Positions 1 to 8,726 of a stretch of 64,000 nucleotides of DNA are shown in pieces (the stretch's first letter is position 1; every line of letters begins with the position of its first letter). Made by a program: the position numbers and the translations under genes. Origin of the DNA: a candidate division WOR-3 bacterium (lineage in GTDB: Bacteria; Hydrothermota; Tepidihabitantia; Tepidihabitantales; Tepidihabitantaceae); contig JANLFQ010000003.1 in the NCBI GenBank assembly GCA_024653355.1, positions 6,931-70,930 on the forward strand, given 5' to 3'. Under the pieces are notes generated by a model that saw only the letters and a list, made by a program, of their open reading frames with translations, searched no databases and was not told the origin of the DNA.

Positions 1-1632
1 ATTGGCCCTTACAACAATATTGGTTATATAACCGTTGCCGACTCCTTTGCCTTCATAAGTTTTGAGCCACCCAGTTCTGACACCGGCTTGCGTATCATCA
101 ATATCCAGAACCCGGCAAACCCTTATGAGGTTGGGAGTTACAAAAGCATAAATATATATGCGATTGCGGTTGCCGGCCGGTTTGCCTATTGCACAACTGA
201 TAGTCACGGTTTCGTGGTGATTGACGTCTCCAATCCATTAATCCCTCATCAGGTTGGTCGCTGCAGTGTTCCTAACCCGGTGTGTGTTGTGGTGCGCGGC
301 TCATATGCGTATCTGGGTGCCTGGGGTTTGACGATAGTTGATGTGAGTAATCCCACCGAGCCTTATCTGGTGGCAAATCTGACCCCAGCAGGCTATCAAG
401 GGGTAAAGGGTGTGGCTTTACTGGACAGTTTTGCCTTTCTGACCGACTGGAGCGATATCGGTTTATGGGTTGCTAACATCAAAAACCCTTTGGCGCCGTT
501 TGAGGTCGGGGGTTATCGAGTCCCGGGCTGGACTACCTGGGTGGAAATCGGTGGTGAATATGCCTACCTTTGTGACTGGGACTATGGCTTAACAATTCTC
601 AACATCACAAACCCTTGTGAGCCTTATGAAGTTTCGAGGTTCGACGTTGAATGGGGTTGTGCCCATATCGCGGTGCGGGATACAATTGGCTATTTGAGCC
701 ACCAGGGCCATGGCTTGAGGATATTAAATCTCAGTAACTCCGCAAATCCGGTTGAAATCGGGTTCTGTCCCACACCAGGCGCAGCAAGTGCCTGCGCGGT
801 AAAGGGCTCCTACGCCTATGTTGCTGATGGTGCCCACGGTTTGATGGTGATAGATGTCAGCAATCCTTATGCGCCGTGTGAGGTTGGCAACTATGATACC
901 CCTGGTTATGCCTGGTTTGTTGATGTTGGTGAATCCCTCGCCTATGTGGCTGATGAGAACGGTGGATTGCGGATAATAAACATCAAGAACCCGGCCGCAC
1001 CTTATGAGGTTGGTTCGGTCTTTTTATCCAATTATCCGGTTATCCTGCAGGTAAAGGACTCTTTCGCCTATGTTGGTGGTGCTAACGGCAATATGGTGAT
1101 TGTCAATGTATCAGAACCAGCCCATCCCCGTCCGGTCGGTCTTTATCAGACCGTGGGCCCTTGCTGGGGCATTGACATATCATACCCTTATGCCTATGTC
1201 TCGGACTGGTTTATCTGGTTTCACATTGTTGACATCTCTGACCCATCAAATCCAGTTCTTGCCGGGTATCATTGGGCACCAAACTGTCCCTATGGCTTGA
1301 AGTTTGTCTCACCCTATATTTATGTAACAACCGGATTGTGTGGTCTGCAGATTTATGAAAGTTTGATGCCCGGGCTTCAAGAGCGAACTGAAATGGACCT
1401 CTTGCAAAAGTTTACCCTCTATCCCAACCCCGCGCACCAGAGTTTTTCCATCAGCGCACCGGTTGCCATACAGAGCATCCGGTTATATGACATTGCCGGT
1501 AAACTGGTCAGGGTTTATAACCATATTGAAAGCAATAATAAACTCTCGCTTGCCGGTGTCCCAGCCGGGGTTTATCTGGTGAAAATCCAGACCGAAGATA
1601 GCCGCACAACCCAAAAACTGATTGTCCGATGA
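1..1632 (+). CDS. LVIVD-repeat beta-propeller protein with T9SS (Por) C-terminal sorting domain; 5' end lies outside the window
   Basis: Frame 1 is open from nt 1, so the listed TTG at 88 is internal. About ten repeats end in G[LF].[IV][IV][DN][IV]SNP..P (GLTIVDVSNPTEP, GLMVIDVSNPYAP, GLRIINIKNPAAP), the LVIVD signature. The tail FTLYPNPAHQSFSI...IRLYDIAGKLV...GVYLVKIQTEDSRTTQKLIVR fits the T9SS CTD pattern. Confidence 0.8.
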   Translation: MGPYNNIGYITVADSFAFISFEPPSSDTGLRIINIQNPANPYEVGSYKSINIYAIAVAGRFAYCTTDSHGFVVIDVSNPLIPHQVGRCSVPNPVCVVVRGSYAYLGAWGLTIVDVSNPTEPYLVANLTPAGYQGVKGVALLDSFAFLTDWSDIGLWVANIKNPLAPFEVGGYRVPGWTTWVEIGGEYAYLCDWDYGLTILNITNPCEPYEVSRFDVEWGCAHIAVRDTIGYLSHQGHGLRILNLSNSANPVEIGFCPTPGAASACAVKGSYAYVADGAHGLMVIDVSNPYAPCEVGNYDTPGYAWFVDVGESLAYVADENGGLRIINIKNPAAPYEVGSVFLSNYPVILQVKDSFAYVGGANGNMVIVNVSEPAHPRPVGLYQTVGPCWGIDISYPYAYVSDWFIWFHIVDISDPSNPVLAGYHWAPNCPYGLKFVSPYIYVTTGLCGLQIYESLMPGLQERTEMDLLQKFTLYPNPAHQSFSISAPVAIQSIRLYDIAGKLVRVYNHIESNNKLSLAGVPAGVYLVKIQTEDSRTTQKLIVR

Positions 1633-1648
1633 GGTTTTCCTATATTGA

Positions 1649-1753
1649 CTTTTTGCCGCGCAGGAAAATAATCGCAATGGCACAAGCGGCGTGTACTTCT
1701 TGCGGTTTACTGCGGGTCAGTATCAGGAGAAGAGAAAACTGATCGTTCATTAA
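1649..1753 (+). pseudogene. orphan relic of a T9SS C-terminal sorting domain (34 codons, no start codon)
   Basis: Frame 2 between TGA 1646-1648 and TAA 1751-1753 reads LFAAQENNRNGTSGVYFLRFTAGQYQEKRKLIVH*. These are the last strands of a CTD (GVYF.R......K.IV.). It sits just after the complete CTD of the preceding gene and before the terminator. Confidence 0.45.
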
Positions 1754-1772
1754 CCGAGCCAGCAAAACCTAT

Positions 1773-1805
1773 CAGGCAGGGCGAATCTCCACCCTGCCTG
1801 TTTCT
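1773..1805 (+). terminator. rho-independent terminator
   Basis: CAGGCAGGG (1773-1781) pairs with CCCTGCCTG (1792-1800), 10-nt loop, followed by TTTCT. Confidence 0.6.
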
Positions 1806-1859
1806 ATACTTGATTGGGCACGATAATAACGGACTGAAAACCGTTACACAAACTTTCGC

Positions 1860-1887
1860 TTGACTTGAATGTTAGATAGGGTATAAT
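1860..1887 (+). promoter_or_regulatory. sigma70-type promoter of the BNR-repeat gene
   Basis: TTGACT (1860-1865), 16-nt spacer, TATAAT (1882-1887), about 100 nt upstream of the ATG at 1989. Confidence 0.55.
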
Positions 1888-1988
1888 TTAAACAAAGAGA
1901 AGTATCCCTGAAGCAAACCACCAACGGGTACAGAGAGGCTTTTGAGGATATTTTTCACAAGTAAAAAAAGAATAAAAGGAGAGTATAG

Positions 1989-3683
1989 ATGAAAAGCAAG
2001 ATAGTCGCGCTGGCATTGATTTTAATGCTCAGCAGTATCTGGGCGGCGGTTGACCGCAACGCTCCGGAAACTCTGTTTGAAAACCGATTTCCAGTTATTC
2101 AGAATGGCGCCTCATCTGAAGGAGCGGTTCCGTACCGATTCACGAACGAAGGTGATGCTTTGCCCGGACAGGTTGATAAACCAGCAGCACCCGCTATAGG
2201 CGCACCACCCCAAACTTCAGAGATGACCGACGAAGGGACACCGGTTGAACCCAAGCCATTGTGGGGAGAGGATTTTCAGGTTTATGATGGTGGAATCAAG
2301 AGCCCGGCACAACCTGGTTCGGAGCGGATGATTGCCTATGACCAAACCCACGCCGGGGTTCTGTTTGCTGCCTTTGTGGTTGCGAGTGGTGACACAATTA
2401 AAATCTATCGCTCAACCAATGGCGGTAGCAACTGGAATCTTTGGAATTTGGTTTTTCATACGGGTAATGTATTGAGTTCACCAGAATTGGTGGTGGCAGA
2501 GGGCGACTCCAGTTTTGTATTTCTTTTTATGCGCACCTCGGCAAACAATGGTGATGTTTACTGTATCAGATTCGGATTAACCGGCGGTTCTAATGTTTTT
2601 GCGGTTAAGGCGGATGGCGATACCATCGTCAATCTTGCGGCGTGCAAGGACAACGGCACACCCTACTACCTCTATGTTACCTATGAGTATCATAACGGCG
2701 ATTATAATGTCCGGCTGATGCGCTCAACCGATTATGGCAGAACCTGGACCGCACCAGCGACTTTTGTTGATAATACCCTTGTCCCCCCGAAACCGGACAT
2801 TGCGGTAGGTTACAACAACCGGATATATGTGTCTTACCTTGACAAACGGCTGAGTTCGGTTGACTCGGCTTCTTTCCGGGTTAAGCGTTCTACGGACCAG
2901 GGTAATAGCTGGGAGCAGTCAAGACAGGTAGGGACGCCGTTTGTACGGGTGTTTGATGGAGTGATTGGGGCTGATAATACCGACCCGAGCATCTGGCTGG
3001 TTCATGTCCGGGATATGGAGCCTTTCAATGGAATGGGGCTGGGGGTATTCTATTACTACACCACCACTGATGACACCATCTGGTATTACGGTGGTGATGA
3101 CGGTATCGGTCACGGGGATACCGATAACAACGAAATGATGCCCAGTATCGCTACCGATTGGTCAACTGGTGCTCCAACGGTATGTTATGCCATCGTGCCA
3201 TCGGAATCACTGATGTTCACCTGGTGTTCTGGAGATACAAACTGGACAACGCCGGTCAAGGTGAACGACCATCGGCACACGGGCAATTTTGCGCCGGCTG
3301 CGGGCTGGAAAAATGTCGGTTCCTCTTCTTATTCAACTGTGCTCTATGCCGGTATTGGACCGGATGAACTGTGGTTTGACTCCTGGGATAATACAACCGG
3401 AGTGAATGAGGAAAAACCGGCAGGAGTCAAACAACTGGTTACGGTTAAGCCAAACCCGGTAGCGGGCAGAGCGGTAATCAACTGGGCAACTGTTAGCAGC
3501 GGCACAGTGGAACTGACGATTCACGATGTTGCCGGCAGACGGGTTGCAACACTTGTTCAGGGACAGTTGAATCCGGGTGAGCATCAGGCGGTCTGGAACT
3601 GCGCGGATGTGCCAGCGGGTGTGTATCTGTACCGGCTGAATGGAACATTAGCGGAGACAGGCAGGATTGTAGTTTCCCATTAA
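1989..3683 (+). CDS. secreted BNR/sialidase-like repeat protein with T9SS CTD
   Basis: SD AAAGGAG precedes the ATG; N-terminal signal peptide MKSKIVALALILMLSSIWA. BNR motifs S.D.G..W are present (RSTDYGRTW, RSTDQGNSW, degenerate RSTNGGSNW). CTD tail is VKPNPVAG...LTIHDVAGRRV...GVYLYRLNGTLAETGRIVVSH. Confidence 0.75.
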   Translation: MKSKIVALALILMLSSIWAAVDRNAPETLFENRFPVIQNGASSEGAVPYRFTNEGDALPGQVDKPAAPAIGAPPQTSEMTDEGTPVEPKPLWGEDFQVYDGGIKSPAQPGSERMIAYDQTHAGVLFAAFVVASGDTIKIYRSTNGGSNWNLWNLVFHTGNVLSSPELVVAEGDSSFVFLFMRTSANNGDVYCIRFGLTGGSNVFAVKADGDTIVNLAACKDNGTPYYLYVTYEYHNGDYNVRLMRSTDYGRTWTAPATFVDNTLVPPKPDIAVGYNNRIYVSYLDKRLSSVDSASFRVKRSTDQGNSWEQSRQVGTPFVRVFDGVIGADNTDPSIWLVHVRDMEPFNGMGLGVFYYYTTTDDTIWYYGGDDGIGHGDTDNNEMMPSIATDWSTGAPTVCYAIVPSESLMFTWCSGDTNWTTPVKVNDHRHTGNFAPAAGWKNVGSSSYSTVLYAGIGPDELWFDSWDNTTGVNEEKPAGVKQLVTVKPNPVAGRAVINWATVSSGTVELTIHDVAGRRVATLVQGQLNPGEHQAVWNCADVPAGVYLYRLNGTLAETGRIVVSH

Positions 3684-3696
3684 ACGCTGCTGATTT

Positions 3697-3730
3697 AAGG
3701 GGCAGGATGGATTCCTTCCTGCCCCTTTTC
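3697..3730 (+). terminator. rho-independent terminator
   Basis: AAGGGGCAGGA (3697-3707) pairs with TCCTGCCCCTT (3717-3727), then a T-rich run. Confidence 0.65.
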
Positions 3731-3867
3731 TTTCGGTAACTGGTATATTCCCCATACAATATCGGATAGTCACTGATTGTGGCTTGAGAAAGCACAGTGA
3801 CACTTCGGTTCTTATAATCGGGCGCACCGGTGTTTAATTACTGCCCGACATCAGCCGGATATTTGAT

Positions 3868-3896
3868 TTGACTTTTAAGGATGGGGTAATTATAAT
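3868..3896 (+). promoter_or_regulatory. sigma70-type promoter of rpmA
   Basis: TTGACT (3868-3873), 17-nt spacer, TATAAT (3891-3896). Confidence 0.55.
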
Positions 3897-3940
3897 CTAC
3901 CCTTGTGTTCATCTTAAAGGAGTAAGAGAAAGGAGTAGTT

Positions 3941-4198
3941 ATGGCGCATAAGAAGGGTGGCGGAACCGCCAAAAACGGCCGCGACAGTGCTGGCAAGCGG
4001 CTGGGTGTAAAGGCTTATGGCGGTGAGCTGGTGCGCACCGGCGAGGTTTTGGTCCGGCAGCGCGGCACAAGGATTCTGCCGGGCAAAAATGTTGGTCGGG
4101 GTAGTGATGATACACTTTACGCCTTGCAGGATGGTGTGGTGCGTTTTGAATGGGCAAGCCGGGATAAGAAACGGATTTCGGTTTACCCGGTAAATTAA
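3941..4198 (+). CDS. rpmA: 50S ribosomal protein L27
   Basis: [29 protein letters not shown]...[24 protein letters not shown] is the canonical L27 sequence; SD AAGGAG lies upstream. Confidence 0.95.
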   Translation: MAHKKGGGTAKNGRDSAGKRLGVKAYGGELVRTGEVLVRQRGTRILPGKNVGRGSDDTLYALQDGVVRFEWASRDKKRISVYPVN

Positions 4199-4226
4199 AG
4201 ATGACTTTTTCCGAAAAGGGGATGCG

Positions 4227-4883
4227 ATGAAGGTCAAGTGGTTGGGCCATGCGGCATTTCTTTTTACCGCTGATGACGGGACGAAAATACTCACCGACCC
4301 TTATGTGCCCGGTGCTTATGATGGTGCGGTCGGGTATGGTAAGATAGAGGAGGTTGCGGACATCGTTACGGTGAGCCATGAGCATGCGGACCACAATGGG
4401 GCACGGGATTTACCGGGAAAACCGCAGGTTCTGAAAGGAAGCGGTGAATGGGCGATAAAAGGGGTGAAGGTTAAGGGGGTGGCGACTTTTCACGACCCGA
4501 CAAAGGGCAAAGAGCGGGGCACAAATACTATTTTTATCTATGAGGTTGACAACCTGCGTTTGGTGCACCTCGGCGACCTGGGACACATCCTTGATGAAGG
4601 AGTGTTGCCAGTTCTGGGCAGGGTTGATGTGCTTTTCGTGCCGGTAGGTGGCGTGTTTACGATTGATGCCCATCAGGCGGCTGAACTGGTGAAGATGGTT
4701 AAACCGCGGCTGGTGATTCCGATGCACTACAAGACACCGAAACTGGGTTTTGGTATTGCCGGGGTTGAGGACTTTTTGAAACTGGCACCCGGGGTGAAGC
4801 AGGTTGGCAAATCTGAGGTTGAGGTCAAGCCGGCACTACTGCCCGCAGGTACCGAGACCTGGGTGCTTTTACCGGCGCTCTAA
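4227..4883 (+). CDS. MBL-fold metal-dependent hydrolase (UPF0173-like)
   Basis: MKVKWLGHAAFLF...ILTDPY start and the HEHADHNG (H.H.DH) metal motif. Confidence 0.7.
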   Translation: MKVKWLGHAAFLFTADDGTKILTDPYVPGAYDGAVGYGKIEEVADIVTVSHEHADHNGARDLPGKPQVLKGSGEWAIKGVKVKGVATFHDPTKGKERGTNTIFIYEVDNLRLVHLGDLGHILDEGVLPVLGRVDVLFVPVGGVFTIDAHQAAELVKMVKPRLVIPMHYKTPKLGFGIAGVEDFLKLAPGVKQVGKSEVEVKPALLPAGTETWVLLPAL

Positions 4884-4892
4884 GCGGAGGCG

Positions 4893-5765
4893 ATGGTGGC
4901 TGAATCGGGTAATGGTTGTCAATGCCGGGAGATTCCGTTTGCACAGGTTAAGGAAACTGTTGCCCGGTTGTGCATTGAGGCAAACTGTGTTTTAGGCGAT
5001 GATATGGTGCGGGCGCTGGAGAATGGGTTGAAGGCGGAAGAGTCGGAGACCGGTAAGGAGATTTTCCAGCAACTGCTGAAGAATCAGGAGATTGCCCGTG
5101 CCGATATGATGCCGATATGTCAGGACACCGGTTGGGCGGTTGTCTGGGTGGAGATTGGTTCGGAGGTGCGCATTACCGGCGGCGCGCTGGGCACCGCAAT
5201 TCAGGAAGGGGTGGCAAAGGGCTATACCGAAGGTTATTTAAGAAAGTCAATCGTTGCTGACCCGATACGCCGGAAAAATACCGGCAACAATACGCCGGCG
5301 ATTGTTTATTATGAGATTGTGCCCGGTAACAAGTTAAAGATTACGGTGCAGCCCAAAGGCGGGGGCAGTGAAAATATGAGTGAGGTGAAGATGCTTTCTG
5401 CCGCTGATGGGGTTGAAGGTATTAAGCGGTTTGTTGTTGACCGGGTGTGGCGTTCGCAGGCGAACCCGTGCCCGCCGATTATCGTGGGTGTGGGTATTGG
5501 CGGGACATTTGAGAAGTGTGCGCAACTGGCAAAGAGGGCGCTTTTGCGGGAGGTGGGCTCGGTGCATCCGGACCCGTTCTATGCGCAACTGGAGCAGGAG
5601 TTGCTGCAAGAAATCAATAAACTGGGAATTGGACCCCAGGGTTTTGGGGGCAGGGTCACCGCCTTAGCGGTGTTCATTGAGGCGTTCCCCTGTCACATTG
5701 CGATGATGCCCTGTGCGGTCAATATCAACTGCCATGCGGCAAGGCATAAGAGCGCAATTTTATGA
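4893..5765 (+). CDS. Fe-S (class I) fumarate/tartrate hydro-lyase, alpha subunit
   Basis: CQDTGWAVVWVEIG motif, PKGGGSENMS, and a length typical of the two-subunit class-I fumarase alpha chain. Confidence 0.85.
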   Translation: MVAESGNGCQCREIPFAQVKETVARLCIEANCVLGDDMVRALENGLKAEESETGKEIFQQLLKNQEIARADMMPICQDTGWAVVWVEIGSEVRITGGALGTAIQEGVAKGYTEGYLRKSIVADPIRRKNTGNNTPAIVYYEIVPGNKLKITVQPKGGGSENMSEVKMLSAADGVEGIKRFVVDRVWRSQANPCPPIIVGVGIGGTFEKCAQLAKRALLREVGSVHPDPFYAQLEQELLQEINKLGIGPQGFGGRVTALAVFIEAFPCHIAMMPCAVNINCHAARHKSAIL

Positions 5766-6325
5766 CGAGCGATAAGAAACACATCACGACGCCATTGACC
5801 GAAGAGGTGGTGCGCAATTTGCGTGCCGGGGATGCGGTGCTTTTGTCGGGCAAGATTTACACCGCCCGGGATTTGGCGCACCGGCGTTTGGTTGAAAGTT
5901 TAGAACGGGGCGAGAAACTGCCGTTTCAGATTCAGGGTGCGGTTGTTTACTATGTTGGACCGAGTCCGGCAAAACCGGGTAAGCCGATTGGCGCGTGCGG
6001 GCCCACCACATCTTATCGGATGGACCCTTACACCCCGAAACTGCTGTCCGTGGGGCTCAAAGGGATGATTGGTAAAGGCAACCGCAGTCCGGCAGTGATT
6101 GAAGCGCTGAAGCAATACTGTGCGGTTTACTTTGCAGCGGTGGGTGGTGCGGCAGCACTTCTTGCCCAGCGGGTAAAACAGGCAACGCCGGTTGCCTATG
6201 AGGATTTGGGACCGGAAGCGGTACAGGAACTGTTGGTTGAGGACCTACCGCTGATTGTGGTCAATGACTGTTATGGTGGCGACCTTTACGAGGAGGGCGT
6301 GAGGAGGTTTCGAAAGGAGGGTTGA
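5762..6325 (+). CDS. Fe-S (class I) fumarate/tartrate hydro-lyase, beta subunit
   Basis: ATGA start/stop overlap with the alpha gene. GKIYTARDLAHRRL, YYVGPSPAKPG and GKGNRS are typical of the beta chain. Confidence 0.85.
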   Translation: MTSDKKHITTPLTEEVVRNLRAGDAVLLSGKIYTARDLAHRRLVESLERGEKLPFQIQGAVVYYVGPSPAKPGKPIGACGPTTSYRMDPYTPKLLSVGLKGMIGKGNRSPAVIEALKQYCAVYFAAVGGAAALLAQRVKQATPVAYEDLGPEAVQELLVEDLPLIVVNDCYGGDLYEEGVRRFRKEG

Positions 6326-6330
6326 GGATT

Positions 6331-7083
6331 ATGGAAAAGGAGAAGACAAAAGGGCGCAGACCAAAGACAAAAAAGGTTGCGGAGCAGGAAGCGGCTAACG
6401 GTTCCCAGCAGTTCGTGACGATATATGTGATGGGTGAGGCGTATCAGGTGCCCAAAGAGTTGACGATAATGAAGGCGATGGAGTATGCCGGGTACCGTTT
6501 TATCCGGGGTTGCGGTTGTCGGGGCGGATTCTGCGGTGCCTGCGGTACGGTTTATCGAACCCGGGACTCCTACAAACTCAAGGTCGGGCTTGCCTGTCAG
6601 ACGGTGGTGGAAGATGGGATGTATCTGACCCAGATTCCATTCTATCCGGCGAATAAGAAGATTTACAACATCGAGGAACTCAAGGCGGACACGCAGGTCC
6701 TGGTGCGGCACTATCCGGAACTGATGCGCTGTATCGCCTGCAACTCCTGCACGAAAATCTGTCCCCAGGATATCGATGTGATGGGATATGTGCAGGCGGC
6801 GATTCGGGGTGACATCGCCCGGGTGGCAGATATGTCGTTTGACTGTATTATGTGCGGGCTGTGTGCCAGCCGATGTCCGGCAGAGATTGTCCATTACAAT
6901 GTGGCGCTGCTTGCCCGCCGGCTTTACGGTGCCAAGATTGCCCCGCGCGCGGCACATCTTCAGGAACGGCTGAAGGAGATTGAAGCCGGGGCGTTTGAGC
7001 CCGGTCTGGACAAACTTACCAAGATGAGTGAAGAAGAGCTTTCCCGCCTGTATTACGAGGCGCGGGATATTGAACCGGAGTAA
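6331..7083 (+). CDS. iron-sulfur subunit (2Fe-2S-like plus two 4Fe-4S motifs), SdhB/FrdB-like partner of the next gene
   Basis: CGCRGGFCGACG, CIACNSCTKICP and CIMCGLCASRCP motifs. I prefer the ATG at 6331 (SD AAGGAGG at 6314-6320) over the listed TTG at 6322. Confidence 0.65.
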   Translation: MEKEKTKGRRPKTKKVAEQEAANGSQQFVTIYVMGEAYQVPKELTIMKAMEYAGYRFIRGCGCRGGFCGACGTVYRTRDSYKLKVGLACQTVVEDGMYLTQIPFYPANKKIYNIEELKADTQVLVRHYPELMRCIACNSCTKICPQDIDVMGYVQAAIRGDIARVADMSFDCIMCGLCASRCPAEIVHYNVALLARRLYGAKIAPRAAHLQERLKEIEAGAFEPGLDKLTKMSEEELSRLYYEARDIEPE

Positions 7084-7086
7084 AAG

Positions 7087-8715
7087 ATGTACCCAGAATC
7101 AATGCAGGAGTCAATTAAAAAACTGGAGGCGACAAGGCAGGAACGAATCAAGCAGGGTAAGATTCAGTTGCTCGATGCTGAAAGTAAAAAGGCGCTCTTG
7201 AAGTCGTTCCACCCCGATTACATTGAGACCAGTATGCGGGCGCTGGTTGTTGGTCCGAACAAAGGCGACCGAACACCCCACGAACTCGCGGACTTGCTTG
7301 AAGCCTGGCCTTTGGTCGAGCAAAAGCGGTTTGACCCGGACAACCCGAAGTTTGATGTTGATGTGTTAATCATTGGCGGTGGTGGTGCCGGGGTCGCGGC
7401 GGCATTAACGGCGGCGGAGCACGGGGCAAAGGTACTTTTAACCACGAAACTGCGGCTGGGTGACGCCAACACGATGATGGCGCAGGGCGGAATTCAGGCG
7501 GCAGACAAGCCGAACGATTCACCAGAAAGGCACTACCTTGATGTACTTGGCGGCGGGCATTTCAAAAACATCCCGGCGCTGGCAAGGGCGCTGGTCACTG
7601 ATGCCCCGGGCGTCATCGCCTGGCTGGAAGAGTTAGGGGTGATGTTTGACAAAGAGCCGGACGGCACGATGAAGACGATTCACGGCGGCGGCACTTCCCG
7701 GAAGCGGATGCACGCCTGCCGGGACTACACCGGTGCCGAGATTATGCGGACACTGCGGGACGAGTTTCGCAACCGGGAACTGACGGTCTTGGAGTTCTGT
7801 GCCGCGCTGGAACTGTTGACCGATGATGATGGTGCTTGCACCGGTGCGGCGTTTGTCAACTTAGATACGAACGAGTTGTTTACGGTGCGGGCAAAGACGG
7901 TAATTCTGGCGACGGGCGGTTGTGGCAGACTGCACATCCAGGGTTTCCCCTGCACGAATCATTACGGCGCCACTGCGGACGGGCTGGTTTTAGCCTATCG
8001 GGCGGGTGCAAAACTGGCGTTCATCGACACGATTCAGTACCATCCGACCGGGGTTGCCTATCCGGAGCAGATTGTCGGGCAGTTGATTACCGAGAAGGTG
8101 CGCGGACTTGGTGCCCATCTGGTCAATGTGCATGGCAACCGGTTTATCTACGAACTGGAGAGCCGGGACATCACCGCTTCGGCAATAATACGGGAGTGCG
8201 TGGGCAGAGGAAATGGGGTTAAGACGCCCACGGGTCGCCTTGGAGTGTGGCTTGATACGCCGCTCATTGAACAACTCAAAGGTGAAGGTGCGGTCAAAGC
8301 GAATCTGCCCGCAATGTACCACCAGTTTGCCCGGTTCGGGATTTTTATGGACAAGGAGCCAATCTTGACCTATCCAACCCAGCACTATCAGAACGGTGGG
8401 ATTCTAATCAACGACCAGGGCGAGACCGGGGTTAAGAACCTTTATGCCGCGGGTGAAGTGGCGGGCGGAATTCACGGCAGAAACCGGTTGATGGGTAATT
8501 CACTTCTTGACATACTGGTTTTTGGTCGCAGGGCGGGCAGAAGTGCGGCGGAAAAGGCAAAGGTGACAACGGTGCGCAATTGCGGGTTCAAACACATCAT
8601 CCAGTTTGAAGCGGAACTGAAAAAGGCGGGGGTACCCAAAAACCGGCGCGCACCGATGCTTCTGCCCGAATACCGCAGGCCGGAACTACAAACCCCGTTG
8701 GCGTTTGTCGATTAG
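7087..8715 (+). CDS. SdhA/FrdA/NadB-family FAD flavoprotein (probable soluble fumarate reductase catalytic subunit)
   Basis: DVLIIGGGGAGVAAA dinucleotide fold, MAQGGIQA, IQYHPTG, AAGEVAGGIHGRNRLMGNSLLD. There is no His at the covalent-FAD position, and a roughly 90-aa N-terminal extension. Confidence 0.7.
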   Translation: MYPESMQESIKKLEATRQERIKQGKIQLLDAESKKALLKSFHPDYIETSMRALVVGPNKGDRTPHELADLLEAWPLVEQKRFDPDNPKFDVDVLIIGGGGAGVAAALTAAEHGAKVLLTTKLRLGDANTMMAQGGIQAADKPNDSPERHYLDVLGGGHFKNIPALARALVTDAPGVIAWLEELGVMFDKEPDGTMKTIHGGGTSRKRMHACRDYTGAEIMRTLRDEFRNRELTVLEFCAALELLTDDDGACTGAAFVNLDTNELFTVRAKTVILATGGCGRLHIQGFPCTNHYGATADGLVLAYRAGAKLAFIDTIQYHPTGVAYPEQIVGQLITEKVRGLGAHLVNVHGNRFIYELESRDITASAIIRECVGRGNGVKTPTGRLGVWLDTPLIEQLKGEGAVKANLPAMYHQFARFGIFMDKEPILTYPTQHYQNGGILINDQGETGVKNLYAAGEVAGGIHGRNRLMGNSLLDILVFGRRAGRSAAEKAKVTTVRNCGFKHIIQFEAELKKAGVPKNRRAPMLLPEYRRPELQTPLAFVD

Positions 8716-8726
8716 TTTTCGGTGTT

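Noticed and set aside
6286-6957. 223-aa antisense ORF; the same class includes 3939-4394, 18289-19017, 26327-26950, 30695-31417, 43530-44174 and 62825-63400.
   Set aside because: All lie fully inside well-supported genes on the opposite strand. They have Arg/Pro/Gly-rich low-complexity translations typical of GC-rich antisense frames, and no SD.
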